A DNA stretch of 60,499 nucleotides, taken from assembly GCA_902551185.1 (NCBI GenBank), contig CACDCN010000003.1, positions 1 through 60,499 of the forward strand. Direction: 5' to 3'. The first letter of the stretch is position 1, and every line of letters begins with the position of its first letter. The notes beneath the pieces are model-generated. The model did not search any database and was not told the origin of the DNA. It worked only from the letters and a program-made list of their open reading frames with translations. A program made the translations under genes and the position numbers. The stretch comes from an uncultured SAR86 cluster bacterium (GTDB lineage: Bacteria; Pseudomonadota; Gammaproteobacteria; Magnimaribacterales; D2472). This document shows positions 32,099 to 41,242 of this stretch, one piece after another.

Positions 32099-32719
32099 AT
32101 GAAAGAAATAACTTCACAACAACAAAGAGTTTTAGATTGTATTCAAATTTACATAAATAAGACAGGTTTTCCTCCAACCCGTGCAGATATTTGTAAAGAA
32201 TTGGGTTTTAAATCGCCTAACTCTGCCGAAACGCATCTTCGGGCTTTAGAGAAGAAAGGTTTTATTTCTATAGAAAGCGGTGCCTCAAGAGGGATTTCAA
32301 TTATTAATAATGATAGGAATAGCTCTATAAATAGCGATGAATATCCTATTATTGGTCTAGTAGCAGCAGGGTCGCCTACGCTGGCTGAAGAAAATATTAT
32401 GAATACAATTAATTGTCCCGAATCGTTCTTTAATTCAAGTTTTGATTATTTCCTTAAAGTTAAAGGTTTGAGTATGAAAAATGCAGGCATTATGGAAGAT
32501 GATTTGATAGCTGTTAAAAAAACTTCTGATATTAAAAATGGAGATATAGTCATTGCAAGGATAGATGATGAAGTTACTGTAAAATTTTTTAATAAAAAGT
32601 CTCCTAAAATAGTAGAGCTTGAGCCAGCTAATGAAGATTTTGAAAATATCGTAGTTAATCTAGAAGAGGAGGAACTTCATATTGAAGGAAAGAGCGTTGG
32701 ACTTTTAAGAAAGAATTAA
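32099..32719 (+). CDS. lexA: SOS repressor LexA
   Basis: N-terminal winged HTH (FPPTRADICKELGFKSPNSAETHLRALEKKG), cleavage site VAAGSP, Ser in GLSMKNAG, Lys in VTVKFF. 206 aa. Confidence 0.96.
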   Translation: MKEITSQQQRVLDCIQIYINKTGFPPTRADICKELGFKSPNSAETHLRALEKKGFISIESGASRGISIINNDRNSSINSDEYPIIGLVAAGSPTLAEENIMNTINCPESFFNSSFDYFLKVKGLSMKNAGIMEDDLIAVKKTSDIKNGDIVIARIDDEVTVKFFNKKSPKIVELEPANEDFENIVVNLEEEELHIEGKSVGLLRKN

Positions 32720-32973
32720 TGAACTATATTATGTTTCTTTGAAAATTTATCTCTTTGTTTCTCAAAAAACTCATCTAAATCACTGACATTGCCGCTGACA
32801 CTTTCAATTCCAGCCCTAATCATTTCTTTTGCAACTGCTAGTTCTTGACCCTGAAGAAAATCTTTAGAATCTTTTGAGAACTCTATTTTGACAATTGGGT
32901 TGTCATGATCGTCTGATCTTCTGAGTACGATGGTCCCATCTGGTAATTGTGCTAATTCTAAATAATTTGTCAT
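32716..32973 (-). CDS. small hypothetical protein (85 aa from the ATG at 32973; ORF opens at TTG 32991)
   Basis: AAGGA lies 8 nt before the ATG. It is co-directional with and downstream of topA. Its stop overlaps the lexA stop (TTAA). No family recognised. Confidence 0.55.
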   Translation of the reverse strand: MTNYLELAQLPDGTIVLRRSDDHDNPIVKIEFSKDSKDFLQGQELAVAKEMIRAGIESVSGNVSDLDEFFEKQRDKFSKKHNIVH

Positions 32974-32994
32974 ATTTTTCCTTATAAACAAAGC

Positions 32995-33432
32995 TTAACA
33001 TTCATCAAGTATTTTGCGAAGCAACTCTTTGAATATTTTATATTTATCTAGTATTAAACTAAATTTTTTCAAGTCATTAGACTGATTGGATATAATTAAA
33101 TTTTTATCATGATCAGAAACTAATTTATCTTTTGAATCCTCTAGTTGATAAATAAAACCACTCGGTTCTATTTCTTTTAAAATAATATTCTTCAGGACTT
33201 CAGAATTTGCGAGTTGAATGATCTTAAATTTAAAATTCAAATCTTCTATAGGATCAATATCTGACTTAAATGATTTGTAAATATCATCTGCTAAATAGGA
33301 GATACTATTCTCTATACAATTTAGGAATAATAATTGGTTTTGATTGTCTTGAGGTGATGAATCAAAGACTAAGTTCTTAAGAATTTCTTCTGATAAATCA
33401 ATATAAAGATTTGATAATTCTTTTTCTTTCAC
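32995..33432 (-). CDS. hypothetical acidic protein translationally coupled to topA (GTG at 33432 overlaps the topA TAG as TAGTG; the ORF also opens at GTG 33456)
   Basis: 145-153 aa ORF with no internal stops. No family recognised. Confidence 0.55.
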   Translation of the reverse strand: MKEKELSNLYIDLSEEILKNLVFDSSPQDNQNQLLFLNCIENSISYLADDIYKSFKSDIDPIEDLNFKFKIIQLANSEVLKNIILKEIEPSGFIYQLEDSKDKLVSDHDKNLIISNQSNDLKKFSLILDKYKIFKELLRKILDEC

Positions 33433-36047
33433 TAACTCTTTAAGTTTTGAACCCACTCTCCATTAGTATAGGTAGCTGTCCATTTTGTTTTCTTCCCGTC
33501 TTTTTCTGAAGCAAGATAATGGACATCATCTGTTCTGTTATATCGAATAACATAAGGATTTCCATCAGTGTCTTCTTCAGGTGCTGTTAATAGATATAAG
33601 TGTTTTTCTTTATTCGGTAGAAACTTGCATGCTTCTCTTAGTTCATTTTCTAATTTATTGATTTCAAAGACTTTTGGAGCTCTGGTCTCTCTGTTCTTTG
33701 GGTATTGGCTAGCTGCTAAAAATAGTCCTTTCATGCTATCTCTTAATAAGTAATAATCTTCACACTTTAAACATTTTAAATTTTCAAGTTGAATTGGCTC
33801 CATAGTAATCGGCTTGGGTTCGCCATTTCTTTGCAAAGCTCTTGTTGCTCTACAGTTATCATTTTGACAGAGAAAATATTTTCCGAATCTACCTGTATTT
33901 AATTGCATGTCTGATCCGCACTTATGACATTCAAGAGTTGGTCCGTCATAACCTCTAATTCTAAAATGACCATCTTCTATTAGATAGCCGTCACAATCAG
34001 GATTTTTACCACATACATGAAGCTTTCTATTTTCATCAATAAGATAATTATCCATACTGGTTCCGCATTTTGGGCATCTTTTCTTTATTAAAAGATTTTG
34101 TGCTTCTTCGTTATCATCAACACTTACTGCTTCATCACCAGATATTAAATTAAGAGTTTCTTTGCATTTATCATCACCTATATTTTGATAGCCTGAACAA
34201 CCTAAGAAAACTCCATTTGAAGAATTTCTTATTACCATATTAGTTTTACCACATGGACAAGTAATATCAGTTTCTATTGGAATATTACCTGGCCTCATAC
34301 CCGTATTTTCATCTGAAGCAGTAATGAGATCGTTTTGAAATGATTTATAGAAGGTATCTAAAACATTTTTCCATTCAGCTTCACCATTAGCCACCTTATC
34401 AAGATCATTTTCAAAATTAGCCGTGAAATCATAATCCATAATATTTTCAAAACTCTCTAGCAACCTCTCAGCAACGATATGACCAATTTTCTTAACAAAG
34501 AACCTTTTATTTTGAATTTCAACATATCCCCTATCCTGGATAGTAGAAATTATATTTGCGTATGTGGAAGGCCTTCCAATTCCCTTCTTTTCCAACTCTC
34601 TAACCAATGCTGCCTCAGAGAATCTAGATGGCGGTTTGGTATATTTTTGGTCAAGATGAATTGTTTCTTTTTGAACTTTATCGCCCTCAGACAAAGATGG
34701 CAGAATATCTTCTTCTTTAGTTGTGTTTTTAAGAACTGCTGTATAACCATCAAAAACAACCTCTCTTCCTTTAGCTACAAAAGTATTATCATTCACATTT
34801 ATCTTTGCTGAAGTTGATAAGTATTCTGCATCTGGAAGTTGGGATGCTATAAACCGTTCCCATATCAATTGATATAATTTATTTTCTTCATCAGATAAAT
34901 TAATTAAATCTTTTACTTGAAGGTATGCGTTTGTTGGTCTTACTGCTTCATGAGCCTCTTGAGCATTCTCTGTGCTTGAGTATATTCTTGGAGCATCGGT
35001 AAGATATTTGTCGCCTATATTCTCTTTAATATAGTTTCTTGCATCATTTATAGACTCCTGGCTTAAGCTTGGAGCATCAGTTCTCATATAAGTTATATAT
35101 CCAGCTTCATATAATTTCTGAGCAACTCGCATGGTTCTCTTTACATTAAAGCTCAATCTTGTACTTGCTGATTGTTGCAATGTTGAAGTAATGAATGGTG
35201 GTTTTGGTTTAACTTTTACAGGCTTTTTTGAAATCTCATTAATTGATAATTCAGCCAAATTAATCTGATTTTGAATTTCTTCAGCATCTGCTTTTTTTAA
35301 TAGCGGGTCTGATTTTTTTCTTAAAAGATCAAATTGTATTATTTCTTCTGTGCTTGATTTTGCATCTAATTTAATTTCCCAAAACTCTTCAGGTATAAAT
35401 GCCTGAATAGATCTTTCTCTTTCATCTAAAAGTCTTAGTGCGACTGATTGAACTCTACCCGCAGATAATCCTCTTGCTATTTTTTTCCAAAGCAAAGGAG
35501 ATAACTCAAAACCAATAACCTTATCAAGAAACCTTCTTGCCCTATAAGCTTTTACTAAATCCAAATCGATTTCTTTAGGATCAGAAAAAGAATCTAAGAT
35601 TGCCGTTTTTGTAATTTGATTAAACCTTACTCTTGAATAATTATGTTTTGGTCCTAAAGCTTCTTTTAAATGCCATGCAATAGCTTCGCCCTCTCTATCT
35701 AAGTCTGTTGCTAAGTAAATGTGGTCAACTGATTTAGCTGCCTTCTTTAAAGCTTTCAATACTTTTTCTTTTTCTGGAATAATTTGCCATTCAGCTTCCC
35801 ATTCATTATCTGGGTCTATTCCCATTCTTTTAATTAATCTATTTCTATCATTAATATTTTTTAACTTGGCCTTCTCTTCGGGACTTGCATCTTTTGGTAT
35901 AGATGATCTTGTTCCAGTCGCTGTAGCTTTTTTTGGCAAGTCTCTTATATGACCAACACTAGATTCAACAATAAATTCAGAACCTAAGTACTTTGTTATT
36001 GTCCTAGCTTTGGCTGGTGATTCAACTATTACAAGAGATTTAGTCAT
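33432..36047 (-). CDS. topA: DNA topoisomerase I
   Basis: Toprim LVIVESPAKA and DLDREGE, active-site Tyr GYITYMRTD, and C-terminal Cys4 zinc ribbons (CPCG...C..C, CPKCG...C..C, CHKCG...C..C). 871 aa. Confidence 0.97.
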   Translation of the reverse strand: MTKSLVIVESPAKARTITKYLGSEFIVESSVGHIRDLPKKATATGTRSSIPKDASPEEKAKLKNINDRNRLIKRMGIDPDNEWEAEWQIIPEKEKVLKALKKAAKSVDHIYLATDLDREGEAIAWHLKEALGPKHNYSRVRFNQITKTAILDSFSDPKEIDLDLVKAYRARRFLDKVIGFELSPLLWKKIARGLSAGRVQSVALRLLDERERSIQAFIPEEFWEIKLDAKSSTEEIIQFDLLRKKSDPLLKKADAEEIQNQINLAELSINEISKKPVKVKPKPPFITSTLQQSASTRLSFNVKRTMRVAQKLYEAGYITYMRTDAPSLSQESINDARNYIKENIGDKYLTDAPRIYSSTENAQEAHEAVRPTNAYLQVKDLINLSDEENKLYQLIWERFIASQLPDAEYLSTSAKINVNDNTFVAKGREVVFDGYTAVLKNTTKEEDILPSLSEGDKVQKETIHLDQKYTKPPSRFSEAALVRELEKKGIGRPSTYANIISTIQDRGYVEIQNKRFFVKKIGHIVAERLLESFENIMDYDFTANFENDLDKVANGEAEWKNVLDTFYKSFQNDLITASDENTGMRPGNIPIETDITCPCGKTNMVIRNSSNGVFLGCSGYQNIGDDKCKETLNLISGDEAVSVDDNEEAQNLLIKKRCPKCGTSMDNYLIDENRKLHVCGKNPDCDGYLIEDGHFRIRGYDGPTLECHKCGSDMQLNTGRFGKYFLCQNDNCRATRALQRNGEPKPITMEPIQLENLKCLKCEDYYLLRDSMKGLFLAASQYPKNRETRAPKVFEINKLENELREACKFLPNKEKHLYLLTAPEEDTDGNPYVIRYNRTDDVHYLASEKDGKKTKWTATYTNGEWVQNLKS

Positions 36048-36108
36048 ATAAAAAAATTTTTCCTTTTTTTATGAATATCATTAAATGGGCATTGTTGGCA
36101 AGTTAAAT

Positions 36109-36552
36109 TTAAGAATTATTTAATTTATCTATATCCTTCAATATTTTTTTAAGCTCTTCAATACCTGATTTTTCTTTCCATAAAAATACTATCGAAACAT
36201 TCTTAAAAATAATCTCAACTAAATTCATTGACATGTTTTGTAATACATTATTTATGTCATTAAATTGATCTGAGTACTTTAATTGGACAGGAGAATACAG
36301 GATTAATTTATCTTTGTCTCTAATAAAATGAGCATCTTTTAAATAAGTCATATTCTTAATTTGATAACTTACACTTAAAGAATCTTTGTTTTTAAATTCA
36401 TTTTTTCCATATAAAATTGAAGCGACTCTGCATCCTAGTAATTTAGCTTCCATCCTTACTTTTGATATTTCTTTAGAAGATTTAGAAGGCATTGCGATAG
36501 AAATTGAACCAATTAAAATCATCATAGCCGCAAAAAAAACTATATATTCCAT
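36109..36552 (-). CDS. hypothetical membrane-anchored protein
   Basis: 147 aa with a single N-terminal TM segment (YIVFFAAMMILIGSISIAM). Lies between pyrD and topA on the same strand. No family recognised. Confidence 0.5.
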   Translation of the reverse strand: MEYIVFFAAMMILIGSISIAMPSKSSKEISKVRMEAKLLGCRVASILYGKNEFKNKDSLSVSYQIKNMTYLKDAHFIRDKDKLILYSPVQLKYSDQFNDINNVLQNMSMNLVEIIFKNVSIVFLWKEKSGIEELKKILKDIDKLNNS

Positions 36553-36556
36553 GATC

Positions 36557-37546
36557 TTAGTTACTTAATATTTCATTAACTATTTTTGGGCCTTTGATTA
36601 TAAAGCCTGTATAAATTTGTACTAGTTGAGCGCCCGCTTGTAACTTCATCTCATAATCTTTCTTAGATGTAACACCTCCCACACCAATAAGAGGTAAATG
36701 ATTTGATCTAGTATATATATACGAAAGTTTATCAGTAGCTTTGCCCATCAATGGCGCACCTGATAAACCACCATCAATAGATCTAAATTCTTTGTTTATA
36801 ATATTTGATTTATCTATTGTGGTATTGGTAGCAATAATTCCTGAAATTTGAGAGCTATCCAAGATTTCAATTACCGTATCAATTACCAGATCTGATTCAT
36901 CTGGTGAAATTTTTAAAAAAATAGGCGCAGCAATATCTAGCTCGATTACTTTTGAGTCTATAGCTTCGATTAAATTTTTAAGCTCATCCTTATTATGAAG
37001 TTCTCTTAAATTTGGAGTATTTGGTGAAGATATATTTATTGTGATGTAATCTGAGTGTTTATAAACTTTCTCTAAACATATCAAATAATCATTGATTCTT
37101 TCAGGGCCTTCAGATTGTTTATTGGCTCCAATATTAACTCCAATAATGCCTTCATATGATCTGTTCTTTAAATTTTTAACTAAATGATCAACGCCTTTGT
37201 TATTAAACCCCAGCCTATTAATAATAGAGTTTTCTTTAAAATTTCTAAAAACTCTAGGTTTACTATTTCCTTTTTGTGCCTTAGGAGTAATTGTGCCGAC
37301 TTCTAAGAAACCAAATCCAAGCTCACCTAATGCATCTATATAATCTCCATTCTTATCTAGCCCTGCAGCAGTTCCTAATCTATTTTTAAATCTTAGGCCG
37401 ATAAAATCAAAGATTTCATTATTTTTTGGTCTTTTAATAAAAAATCTAAGGATCTTTAGTTTATGTAAAATATTTAAGGAATTTAATGAAAAAGAATGAG
37501 ATAACTCTGGCGGGAGTAACTTAAATAGTTTAAGAAAAAAACTCAA
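36557..37546 (-). CDS. pyrD: dihydroorotate dehydrogenase (quinone), class 2
   Basis: GFGFLEVGTITPKAQKGN and NISSPNTPNLR. 329 aa. Confidence 0.93.
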   Translation of the reverse strand: MSFFLKLFKLLPPELSHSFSLNSLNILHKLKILRFFIKRPKNNEIFDFIGLRFKNRLGTAAGLDKNGDYIDALGELGFGFLEVGTITPKAQKGNSKPRVFRNFKENSIINRLGFNNKGVDHLVKNLKNRSYEGIIGVNIGANKQSEGPERINDYLICLEKVYKHSDYITINISSPNTPNLRELHNKDELKNLIEAIDSKVIELDIAAPIFLKISPDESDLVIDTVIEILDSSQISGIIATNTTIDKSNIINKEFRSIDGGLSGAPLMGKATDKLSYIYTRSNHLPLIGVGGVTSKKDYEMKLQAGAQLVQIYTGFIIKGPKIVNEILSN

Positions 37547-38403
37547 ATAATTTCCTTTATTATTTTTTTTATATCCTCACTTATCGATTCATCTCTCAAA
37601 GCGAGTGCAATGGTAGCATGAACAAATCCTTCTTTACTACCACAATCAAATTTCTCGCCCTCATATAGGCAAGCTAAAACTTCTTCTTCTTTTATTAAAG
37701 ATCTAATAGCGTCTGTGAGTTGGATTTCTCCATTCTTATCAAAATCTGTACATTTCAAATGATTAAATATTGATGAGGTTAAGACATATCTTCCGCAAAC
37801 TGCTATATCTGAGGGGGCATCTTCAAAAGATGGTTTCTCTACAATATCTTGAATATTAATAAATTTATCTGAAATATTACCTGGTTTAATAACACCATAC
37901 TTATGAATATTTTCTTTATCAATTTTATTTACTGCTATCACCGAAGATTTTTTATTATCATAAATATCTATTAGTTGACTAAGGCAAGATCGTTTTGAAA
38001 AAAATAAATCATCAGGTAATAAAACTGCAAAATCTTCATTTTTTATTATGCTTTCTGCATGAAGAACTGCATCACCTAAACCATTTTGCATTTCTTGATT
38101 AATATAATAGAAGGTTATATCAGAAAAAATTTCAGGATTTAATTTCTTAACCATATCTTTTTTTCCTGATTTTATAAGTTTTGATTCAATCTCTTCGTTT
38201 TTATTAAAATGCTTTTTAATTGAATTTTTCTCTGGACTGGTAATAAAAATAATTTCATTTATTCCAGCATTAATTGCCTCTTCGACCGCATATTGAACCA
38301 GAGGTTTATCAATAATTGGTAACATTTCTTTTGGTGTTGCTTTTGATGCTGGTAAAAATCTTGTTCCTAATCCTGCAACTGGTAATACTGCTTTTTTAAT
38401 CAT
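37543..38403 (-). CDS. galU: UTP-glucose-1-phosphate uridylyltransferase
   Basis: KAVLPVAGLGTRFLPASKATPKEMLPIIDKP. 286 aa. Confidence 0.93.
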   Translation of the reverse strand: MIKKAVLPVAGLGTRFLPASKATPKEMLPIIDKPLVQYAVEEAINAGINEIIFITSPEKNSIKKHFNKNEEIESKLIKSGKKDMVKKLNPEIFSDITFYYINQEMQNGLGDAVLHAESIIKNEDFAVLLPDDLFFSKRSCLSQLIDIYDNKKSSVIAVNKIDKENIHKYGVIKPGNISDKFINIQDIVEKPSFEDAPSDIAVCGRYVLTSSIFNHLKCTDFDKNGEIQLTDAIRSLIKEEEVLACLYEGEKFDCGSKEGFVHATIALALRDESISEDIKKIIKEII

Positions 38404-38404
38404 T

Positions 38405-39034
38405 TTAATTAAATTCTATACTCAAGAATATTTTATATATCATAGCAAATATGATTCCTGAGATTAATCCACCCAGGTGTGCAAAATTTGCTACTGAGCC
38501 AAAGCCAAATAAATCCAAAATACCTACAAAACCTAATATTAACCATACAATCATAAATAAATATAAAGCAGGAGGAAGACCATAATGGTCATATTTAGAT
38601 TCCATTTCTATAATTAAACAAAATCCCAGCAAACCATAAATTACTCCAGACAAACCGCCAAATAAGTTTGAACTTGTCCAATAAAATTGAGAAAGATTGC
38701 TAGCAATAGATGAAATTAAAACAAGTAAGATAAAAATAATGCTTCCATTTATCTTCTCAATCTTTTCACCAAGAATATAAACCCATAAACAGTTAAAGGC
38801 TAAGTGAGCAAAAGAAAAATGTATAAACATCGGGCTTATAAGCCTCCACCATTGACTATCTATTAAAAAAGTTTGGTTAAAAGATGTCATTGAGACATAT
38901 CCTTGATTGGTAATTCTAATATTTGTAAACGTGAAAGGTTCTATCATTGAGATAATTGCACCAAAATTTGATGCTAAAGCTATCAAAATAGAAATTAGAA
39001 TTATTGGAATATGAAAGTTATTAACGATTTTCAA
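38405..39034 (-). CDS. rhomboid family intramembrane serine protease
   Basis: Six TM segments. Ser motif GGLSGVIYGL and His motif AHLGGLISG. 209 aa. Confidence 0.85.
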   Translation of the reverse strand: MKIVNNFHIPIILISILIALASNFGAIISMIEPFTFTNIRITNQGYVSMTSFNQTFLIDSQWWRLISPMFIHFSFAHLAFNCLWVYILGEKIEKINGSIIFILLVLISSIASNLSQFYWTSSNLFGGLSGVIYGLLGFCLIIEMESKYDHYGLPPALYLFMIVWLILGFVGILDLFGFGSVANFAHLGGLISGIIFAMIYKIFLSIEFN

Positions 39035-39035
39035 T

Positions 39036-39899
39036 TTAATTTTTTGAAATATTTAGACTCCAACCCAGCTTTTCCCTGCATGCCTCAAAAAAATCATTAT
39101 CTTTTGGATGAACTAATTTTAAAGTTTTATGCATTTTACATATAGTAACTTTTACACCATAAGGCAAATCAATATCATCCTGTCCATCAACACATATTTT
39201 TGCATTATCACTAGGCCCATCAAATAATTCTATTTCAACATTTTCATTAGAAGAAATAATAAAGGGTCTTGATGATAAACTTTGTGGAAGCATAGGCAAT
39301 ATAGTCCATACATCTAAACTTGGATGAATAATAGGTCCTCCAGCCGATAAAGCATAAGCCGTTGATCCAGTAGGGGTTGCAATAATTAAGCCATCGGATC
39401 TTTGTTCATAAACAACTTTATTATTAACATTTAACCTATATCTCATAAGTTGGGCATAAGCTCCAGAATGAATGACAACCTCATTTAAACCATATATATG
39501 ATTATCATTATATTGAGCAGAAACTAGATTTCTTTCTTCAATTTTGTAATTGCCTTTAAGAATTTCTTTTAAAGATTCTTCAAAATTATCAGTCTTAATA
39601 TCTGTTAAGAAACCAACATTTCCCATATTTACTCCTAATATTGGTATCTCATACTCTAAATATTGTCTTGCTGAATTAAGTAAAGTTCCATCACCCCCAA
39701 AAACAATTATTAAATCGACAGTATCTGTAAAACTTTTATGATCTTTGCTTGCAACTAATTGATTTTGGTAATTAGATGATTCGTCGATATAAAGATTTAT
39801 TTCTTGATTAGCTAACGAGGAGATCATAGAATCGAGAACATTTTTATCAATGTCTTGATTAGACTTTTCTTTTACAAAAATACCAATATTTTTAAACAT
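39036..39899 (-). CDS. nadK: NAD kinase
   Basis: GGDGTLL, NMGNVGFLT and ATPTGSTAYALSAGGPI. 287 aa. Confidence 0.94.
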   Translation of the reverse strand: MFKNIGIFVKEKSNQDIDKNVLDSMISSLANQEINLYIDESSNYQNQLVASKDHKSFTDTVDLIIVFGGDGTLLNSARQYLEYEIPILGVNMGNVGFLTDIKTDNFEESLKEILKGNYKIEERNLVSAQYNDNHIYGLNEVVIHSGAYAQLMRYRLNVNNKVVYEQRSDGLIIATPTGSTAYALSAGGPIIHPSLDVWTILPMLPQSLSSRPFIISSNENVEIELFDGPSDNAKICVDGQDDIDLPYGVKVTICKMHKTLKLVHPKDNDFFEACREKLGWSLNISKN

Positions 39900-39950
39900 G
39901 ATTGAAATTATACTCGTTATAGAAATTTAATTTTAAATAAGCTGAAACAT

Positions 39951-40011
39951 ATTTATATTCTGAATACTCGAAAAAAATATATAAGTGCATATAATATTCG
40001 AGAATATAAAT
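39951..40011. repeat. imperfect inverted repeat ATTTATATTCT-GAATA (39951-39966) / complement of 39995-40011 (ATTTATATTCTCGAATA), 28-nt spacer, upstream of the acyl-CoA dehydrogenase pair
   Basis: Read directly: 16 of 17 positions match with one inserted C. The sequence is AT-rich, so significance is modest. Confidence 0.3.
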
Positions 40012-40028
40012 AAAACAATTCAAAAAAT

Positions 40029-41234
40029 ATGAGTAATTTAGATAAATTTAGAGATGAGACTAAAAAGTGGCTCAATGAAAATTGCCCTCCTTCAATGAGA
40101 AGTGGAGCAGATCCAAGTATACCTATTGATGAAGTCTGGGGTGGAAGAAATGCTGAGTATAAAAACCCTGAATCAAAGTTATGGTTAGACAGAATGGGAG
40201 AAAAAGGATGGACTATGCCAACTGTGCCTAAAGAATATGGTGGTGGCGGACTAAATAAAGAAGAGGTCAAAATATTAAATGAAGAGATGTTTTTGATTGG
40301 TGCTAAACAACCTCTTTTAAGTTTTGGTATTTGGATGCTTGCGCCAGTTCTGTTGGAATATGGAAATGAAGCACAAAAGAAGGAACATATACCCAAAATC
40401 CTAAAAGGAGAAATAAGATGGTGTCAGGGTTATTCTGAACCAGGCTCTGGATCTGATCTTGCAAGTCTATCAACTAAAGCAGAAGATGCTGGAGATCATT
40501 TCTTAGTAAATGGTCAAAAGGTTTGGACTTCGTATGCTGATAAAGCTGACTGGATATTTGCGCTTGTAAGAACTGGTGCAAAAGAACCTAAACACGATGG
40601 TATAAGTTTCGTGTTAATTGATATGGCGACCAAAGGAGTAAGCACAAAACCTATTACATTAATCTCTGGTAAATCACCTTTTTGTGAAACATTTTTTGAT
40701 AATGTTGAGGTTCCAAAAGAAAATCTAATTGGAGAATTAAATGCCGGTTGGACAATTGCTAAGAAACTTCTTCAGCATGAAAGAGCATTTATATCTAATT
40801 TTGGTCTGGCTGGGGCTGCTGCTGCTGGAGGAGGAAGTGGAAGAGATATAGTTTCTATTGCTAAAAAACATTTAGGTGAAGAAAATGGAAAAATAAAAAA
40901 TTCATTTTACAGAACTGAAATTGCTTCCCATAAAATTAAAGAACATGCATTTGGATTAACACTTAAACGAGCTGGAGACGAAGGTGGAAAAGCTAGCGCT
41001 ACTGCCTCAATGTTTAAGCTCTATGGCACAGAGCATAATAAAAAAAGACATGAATTAATGGTAGCTGCTTCTGGTATTGATGGTGTCGCATGGGATGGAG
41101 ATGAATTTGATCAAGACGACAAAAATTTAACAAGAGCTTGGTTAAGAACAAAGGGTAATTCTATAGAAGGCGGCACATCAGAAGTTCAATTAAATGTAAT
41201 CTCTAAAAGGGTTTTAAACCTTCCTAGTCAATAG
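40029..41234 (+). CDS. acyl-CoA dehydrogenase family protein (401 aa)
   Basis: ACAD fold: GYSEPGSGSDLAS, WTSYADKADW, and the C-terminal NSIEGGTSEVQLNVISKRVL. Confidence 0.88.
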   Translation: MSNLDKFRDETKKWLNENCPPSMRSGADPSIPIDEVWGGRNAEYKNPESKLWLDRMGEKGWTMPTVPKEYGGGGLNKEEVKILNEEMFLIGAKQPLLSFGIWMLAPVLLEYGNEAQKKEHIPKILKGEIRWCQGYSEPGSGSDLASLSTKAEDAGDHFLVNGQKVWTSYADKADWIFALVRTGAKEPKHDGISFVLIDMATKGVSTKPITLISGKSPFCETFFDNVEVPKENLIGELNAGWTIAKKLLQHERAFISNFGLAGAAAAGGGSGRDIVSIAKKHLGEENGKIKNSFYRTEIASHKIKEHAFGLTLKRAGDEGGKASATASMFKLYGTEHNKKRHELMVAASGIDGVAWDGDEFDQDDKNLTRAWLRTKGNSIEGGTSEVQLNVISKRVLNLPSQ

Positions 41235-41242
41235 TCTTTAAA

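Noticed and set aside
34479-34811. 110-aa (+) and 69-aa (-) ORFs inside topA, and similar 60-90 aa ORFs listed inside uvrB, acnB, purF, leuB, leuD, fimV-like, asd, TBDR, ligase and carboxylase genes
   Set aside because: All are nested in, or antisense to, longer ORFs with clear family signatures. None has a recognisable domain or an independent start context.
39953-40396. 147-aa minus-strand ORF spanning the nadK/ACAD intergenic region and the 5' end of the first acyl-CoA dehydrogenase gene
   Set aside because: It is antisense to a well-supported ACAD gene. The product is low-complexity (FSPPPPYS, runs of S/L/F), has no motif, and has no ribosome-binding context. This is a typical shadow ORF.
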